A stretch of DNA of 64,000 bases, from contig VRMN01000001.1 in NCBI GenBank assembly GCA_008690995.1, positions 1,736,001 to 1,800,000 of the forward strand. The letters are read 5' to 3'. The position numbers were made by a program, and so were the translations under genes. This stretch comes from Porphyridium purpureum. Taxonomy: Eukaryota. Within the stretch, counting starts at the first letter, position 1. Each line of letters opens with the position of its first letter. Below, one piece after another: positions 60,754-64,000 of the stretch. The notes beneath the pieces were generated by a model. The model ran no database searches. It was given only the letters and a program-made list of their open reading frames with translations, and was not told the origin of the DNA.

Positions 60754-62166
60754 ATGGCCGCGGCGCTGTTGCTGTTACTGTGCTGCGCGGTGTTGCTCCG
60801 AGACGTGACTGGAGCGGCCTTAGGCGCATTGGAATCTCCGTCGAGTCCGGTGGTCAATGCGCGGTGGGATGCCGTACAAGATGGAAGTGGTGACGCTGCA
60901 GTAGGCACGGACTACTTTTTCATTCCGTCGGTGCCGCATGACTTTTTGCTGACCGAGATCATGTCTATGGCTGCGACAGTCGCTGTGGTATCCGCAGTTG
61001 CGCGCGCACGCCCAGTGCTTGTTCTGCCTGATGCGATGCATGAGCATATTATGGGCACGTTTTTTGATGGCACGATGATGCTGCACTACTTCCAGGGCGA
61101 CATCGTTTCGAATCGTGAATTTCAAGAAGGGCTCGCAGCAAGCGTGATGCGTGAAGTGTTGTACGAGGCCATGTGCTTTCCCAAGGGCGCGGCTGCCGAG
61201 TATTACAGGTCCAACTTGGCGGGAACGGGCTCCGTCAGCGACTGTACGAATTCTTCGATGGTCATGTCGTGGATCACGCCCAAGCAAGACTACAAGCCGT
61301 TCGGGACGGACTGTAGCATGATCAGTGCATCACAGTACGTGCACGCACACAGCCCAAACCGACTTGTTTTCTTCGATTGGATGTTCAAATACTCATTCTG
61401 TGCAGAGCGCCACCTGGGCACCGTTCGCGAATTCTTGGGCAAGATGCAGCCGTCGCAGATGTTTACGGGCGCGGCGGCTGCCGTGATGGCAAAAGTTTTG
61501 GAGCTCGCCAATGCTCCTGAGCAAATGAAACACGGCCGGTCTCGCGTAGAGTCTGGCGACTCACTCAAGTTTGTATTTGTGGCGCTACGCCAATTCGTTC
61601 TACCTTCCACACCAGCCTCATCGACGCGGGAACAGCAGGACCGTGTGCACAGGTATGCCAAGTCGGTGATGACAAAATTGCGCCGGTCCGATGCTATCGA
61701 TGCTGCGATTTTTCTCTCACCACGAGCTGGCCGGTATGCGGACACTTCTCCGGATCTGGAGGCGCTAGTCCGATTGCTCGTTGAAGAACTGCCGCACGTA
61801 TACACCTGTCATTCAGTATTCATGTGTCCTCGTGATCTTCTGCCCAGCAATATCCACGCTTCTCCCGTTTACTCCCTCTTTTCAGTCGGGAATGCAAGCA
61901 CAGAGGCAGCTGCAGAGGGAGCACAACTGACATCACGAACACGTCCTAGATATGATTTGAGCCAGCTGAATGTGCTGGTATCACCAGACGGTCTCCTTGC
62001 GTTAGATTTGGCCCTGGGGAATGCCGCAGATCTATTCGTCGGAAACGTGCATTCGGCTCTGGACCGTCTCGTCGCTGCGCTCCGGCTCTCAAATCAAAAA
62101 CCTGTGCAGTTGAGTCATGGCTTTAGAGATATGAAAGGTCTGCACTTTCATGGCCACGCGGAATAA
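60754..62166 (+). CDS. Secretory-pathway protein, O-fucosyltransferase-like
   Basis: N-terminal signal/anchor, ARARPVLVLP, FVALR, and C-terminal LDLALGNAADLFVGNVHSAL..V...R, which resembles the O-FucT motif. Confidence 0.55.
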   Translation: MAAALLLLLCCAVLLRDVTGAALGALESPSSPVVNARWDAVQDGSGDAAVGTDYFFIPSVPHDFLLTEIMSMAATVAVVSAVARARPVLVLPDAMHEHIMGTFFDGTMMLHYFQGDIVSNREFQEGLAASVMREVLYEAMCFPKGAAAEYYRSNLAGTGSVSDCTNSSMVMSWITPKQDYKPFGTDCSMISASQYVHAHSPNRLVFFDWMFKYSFCAERHLGTVREFLGKMQPSQMFTGAAAAVMAKVLELANAPEQMKHGRSRVESGDSLKFVFVALRQFVLPSTPASSTREQQDRVHRYAKSVMTKLRRSDAIDAAIFLSPRAGRYADTSPDLEALVRLLVEELPHVYTCHSVFMCPRDLLPSNIHASPVYSLFSVGNASTEAAAEGAQLTSRTRPRYDLSQLNVLVSPDGLLALDLALGNAADLFVGNVHSALDRLVAALRLSNQKPVQLSHGFRDMKGLHFHGHAE

Positions 62167-62789
62167 AGAGGTTCTTCAAGCGAGAAGCGAGGCCGGTTTC
62201 ATCTAATTTTTGAATGTCCAAGGACGTGTTTTGGACAGTTCCTGAGTCGTTCGTTTGACTCTGCGTTGCACTGGACGATCTTTCAACCACCGAACTAAAC
62301 ACATTCATGCCTCTGCCGCTCGACAATCTGAATATTTATTTAGGAAGTAAACGGAAGCGGAACACTGCCTTTTTATGTAACGCATGAGACGAGGCCCCGT
62401 TAAACCGGGCGGGAATCTTGCTCTGTGACTTCTCACCGGAATCCAGTGCCTGTGGGAGACTGGATTTCTTTTCAGATCTCAATATCTACGCCTGCAGCTG
62501 CGTCTTTTGTTCACGAACTACTGTCGGCACGTGCAGAAAATCGCTCTGTCCGAGAACATTATGAACGTAAAGAACACAAGAGACCCTCGGCTTGTGTTCC
62601 TCGTGCTGCCGTCGCTGCTTCGGCAGCCGCCAAGCAAAAGAACATGTCGGAGGTTCTATAGAAAGTACAGTGATGTCTTGTCGCATTGAATATGAATGGC
62701 CCATTTCTGCCGCGCGGTTGTCATGGATGGGTTGCGGTGCTGGACATGAATGGAAAAGAAGAACAAGATAAGTGGCGGCATAGACTCAC

Positions 62790-64000
62790 ATGGCAATGGA
62801 CCGCGCGCACGCCGCGTCAGCACGCCTGCAAGTATCTGATCTGAATGACTTGCTGACTCCGTCTCCGAGCTGTGTGCTTCAGCTCGTGCCGGCCAGCGGT
62901 GCGGAGAATGGCACGGGCTCGGGCTCGGGCTCGGCGCCCGTTCCGGTCCCGGGATCGTTTGCGGCTCCAATGTTTCCGACGCTGTCAAGCCAGCCGAGTG
63001 GGGATGCAAGCCAGAAAGTAGCTCGAATTCAGTTGAGTGACTGCTTGTCATGCTCCGGATGTGTGACGTCGGCCGAAACGATTTTGTTGGACAGGCAGTC
63101 TACCGCAGCGTTTCTCGAGCTCGTGGACGGCAGCAGTAAACGAGCGGGTTTGAGCTGCGTGGCGCTTTCTCATCAGAGCGTGGCATCCTTTGCTGCGGCG
63201 TACAATGTGTCTTTAGAAAGTGCGGCGAAAAAGCTGTGCTGGTTTTTGAAGCACAGCATCGGCGTGACACACGTGGTCCACTTGTCCCTTGCGCGCGCGG
63301 TCTCACTCGAGCTGCACGCACAAGAGCTGCTAGAAAGAATGGCATCAGGCAATAGTGCTAGCCTGCCCATGATGAGCGGAAGCTGTCCAGGATTCACGGT
63401 GTACGCGGAGAAGACGCTCGAGATGGATATTCTACAACGCATTGCGCACGCTGTGTCCCCGCAGGCCGTGCTTGGAGGTTTGATTGCGAAGAACGGACTT
63501 TTAGCTAAAGCGGATGCGTCCGCGTCTCGGGCGCCCAGGATCAGCGCAGGGACGCTGATGCAGAACAAAAATAATGTCGAAATAGCGTGCTGTACGGTGA
63601 TGCCATGCGCAGACAAGAAACTCGAAGCCGTGCGACGGGAGTTTGCGCAAACGCCTCCACCCGGCGGTGGCGGCAGCAAGTCCTTTGTAGACTTGGTACT
63701 TACTTCATCGGAGCTCGACGAGCTTGTATCGGAGCGGCTTGCCGAATCGAGCACCGCGACCTTCAAAGCACTGCCCGAGTGTGAGCTAGATTCTCTTTGT
63801 GGCGAGGCACCGGTGGCGTATTTCGCCGGACGGTCGCAGAGCCCGTCCGGTGGTCTTTTGGAGTATGTGCTACGGGCGGCCGCGGAGCGTCTCTTTGGTA
63901 TCGGCGATCTACATGACGAGCTAGAAAGCGACCCTCGCATTGAGACACGTGAAGTGCGCAATCATGACATGCGCGAAATAAGGGTGCGCGATACACCCTT
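62790..64000 (+). CDS. NAR1: Cytosolic Fe-S assembly factor NAR1/NARFL (hydrogenase-like), 3'-truncated
   Basis: Hand translation from ATG 62790: VSDLNDLLTPSPSC, IQLSDCLSCSGCVTSAETIL, SGSCPGF..YAEK, SPQ, VMPCADKKLEA.R, VDLVLTSSEL, SGG. Runs off the window, so it is absent from the ORF track. Confidence 0.93.
   Translation, partial: MAMDRAHAASARLQVSDLNDLLTPSPSCVLQLVPASGAENGTGSGSGSAPVPVPGSFAAPMFPTLSSQPSGDASQKVARIQLSDCLSCSGCVTSAETILLDRQSTAAFLELVDGSSKRAGLSCVALSHQSVASFAAAYNVSLESAAKKLCWFLKHSIGVTHVVHLSLARAVSLELHAQELLERMASGNSASLPMMSGSCPGFTVYAEKTLEMDILQRIAHAVSPQAVLGGLIAKNGLLAKADASASRAPRISAGTLMQNKNNVEIACCTVMPCADKKLEAVRREFAQTPPPGGGGSKSFVDLVLTSSELDELVSERLAESSTATFKALPECELDSLCGEAPVAYFAGRSQSPSGGLLEYVLRAAAERLFGIGDLHDELESDPRIETREVRNHDMREIRVRDTP

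Noticed and set aside
62425..62689. Short ORFs and an 8-bp hairpin (AATCCAGT/ACTGGATT) upstream of NAR1
   Set aside because: Non-ATG starts, only a vague basic character, and a single short stem is expected by chance.

Overview
Gene-dense, GC-rich, almost intron-free eukaryotic nuclear DNA, not prokaryotic. Many plastid- and lumen-targeted genes start with MAF/MAAF-type transit peptides, which suggests a unicellular red alga, Porphyridium-like (inference). About 33 protein genes are supported. DNA/chromatin: RAD17, EXO1, Timeless, an NSD-type SET protein, a TRF-like Myb protein, EAF, a C2H2 zinc finger. Four kinases, including an LKB1-like one. Lipid genes: LPCAT-type acyltransferase, CDP-DAG synthase, GDPD. 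Also UBA5, an M1 aminopeptidase, HPR, two NT5C-family phosphatases, an OPR protein, a NUMOD3 protein and a ferredoxin/zinc-finger fusion. Two genes missing from the ORF track were recovered: spliced QCR6 (193-nt intron) and 3'-truncated NAR1. I also found a secreted-protein gene broken by two in-frame TGA codons, a probable decayed Ty3/gypsy pol fragment, and a GTACAG motif recurring in most intergenic regions. No rRNA, tRNA or CRISPR was seen. I cannot demonstrate a multi-gene novel system; the best leads are ranked under findings. All family calls come from motif recognition by eye, not from database searches.
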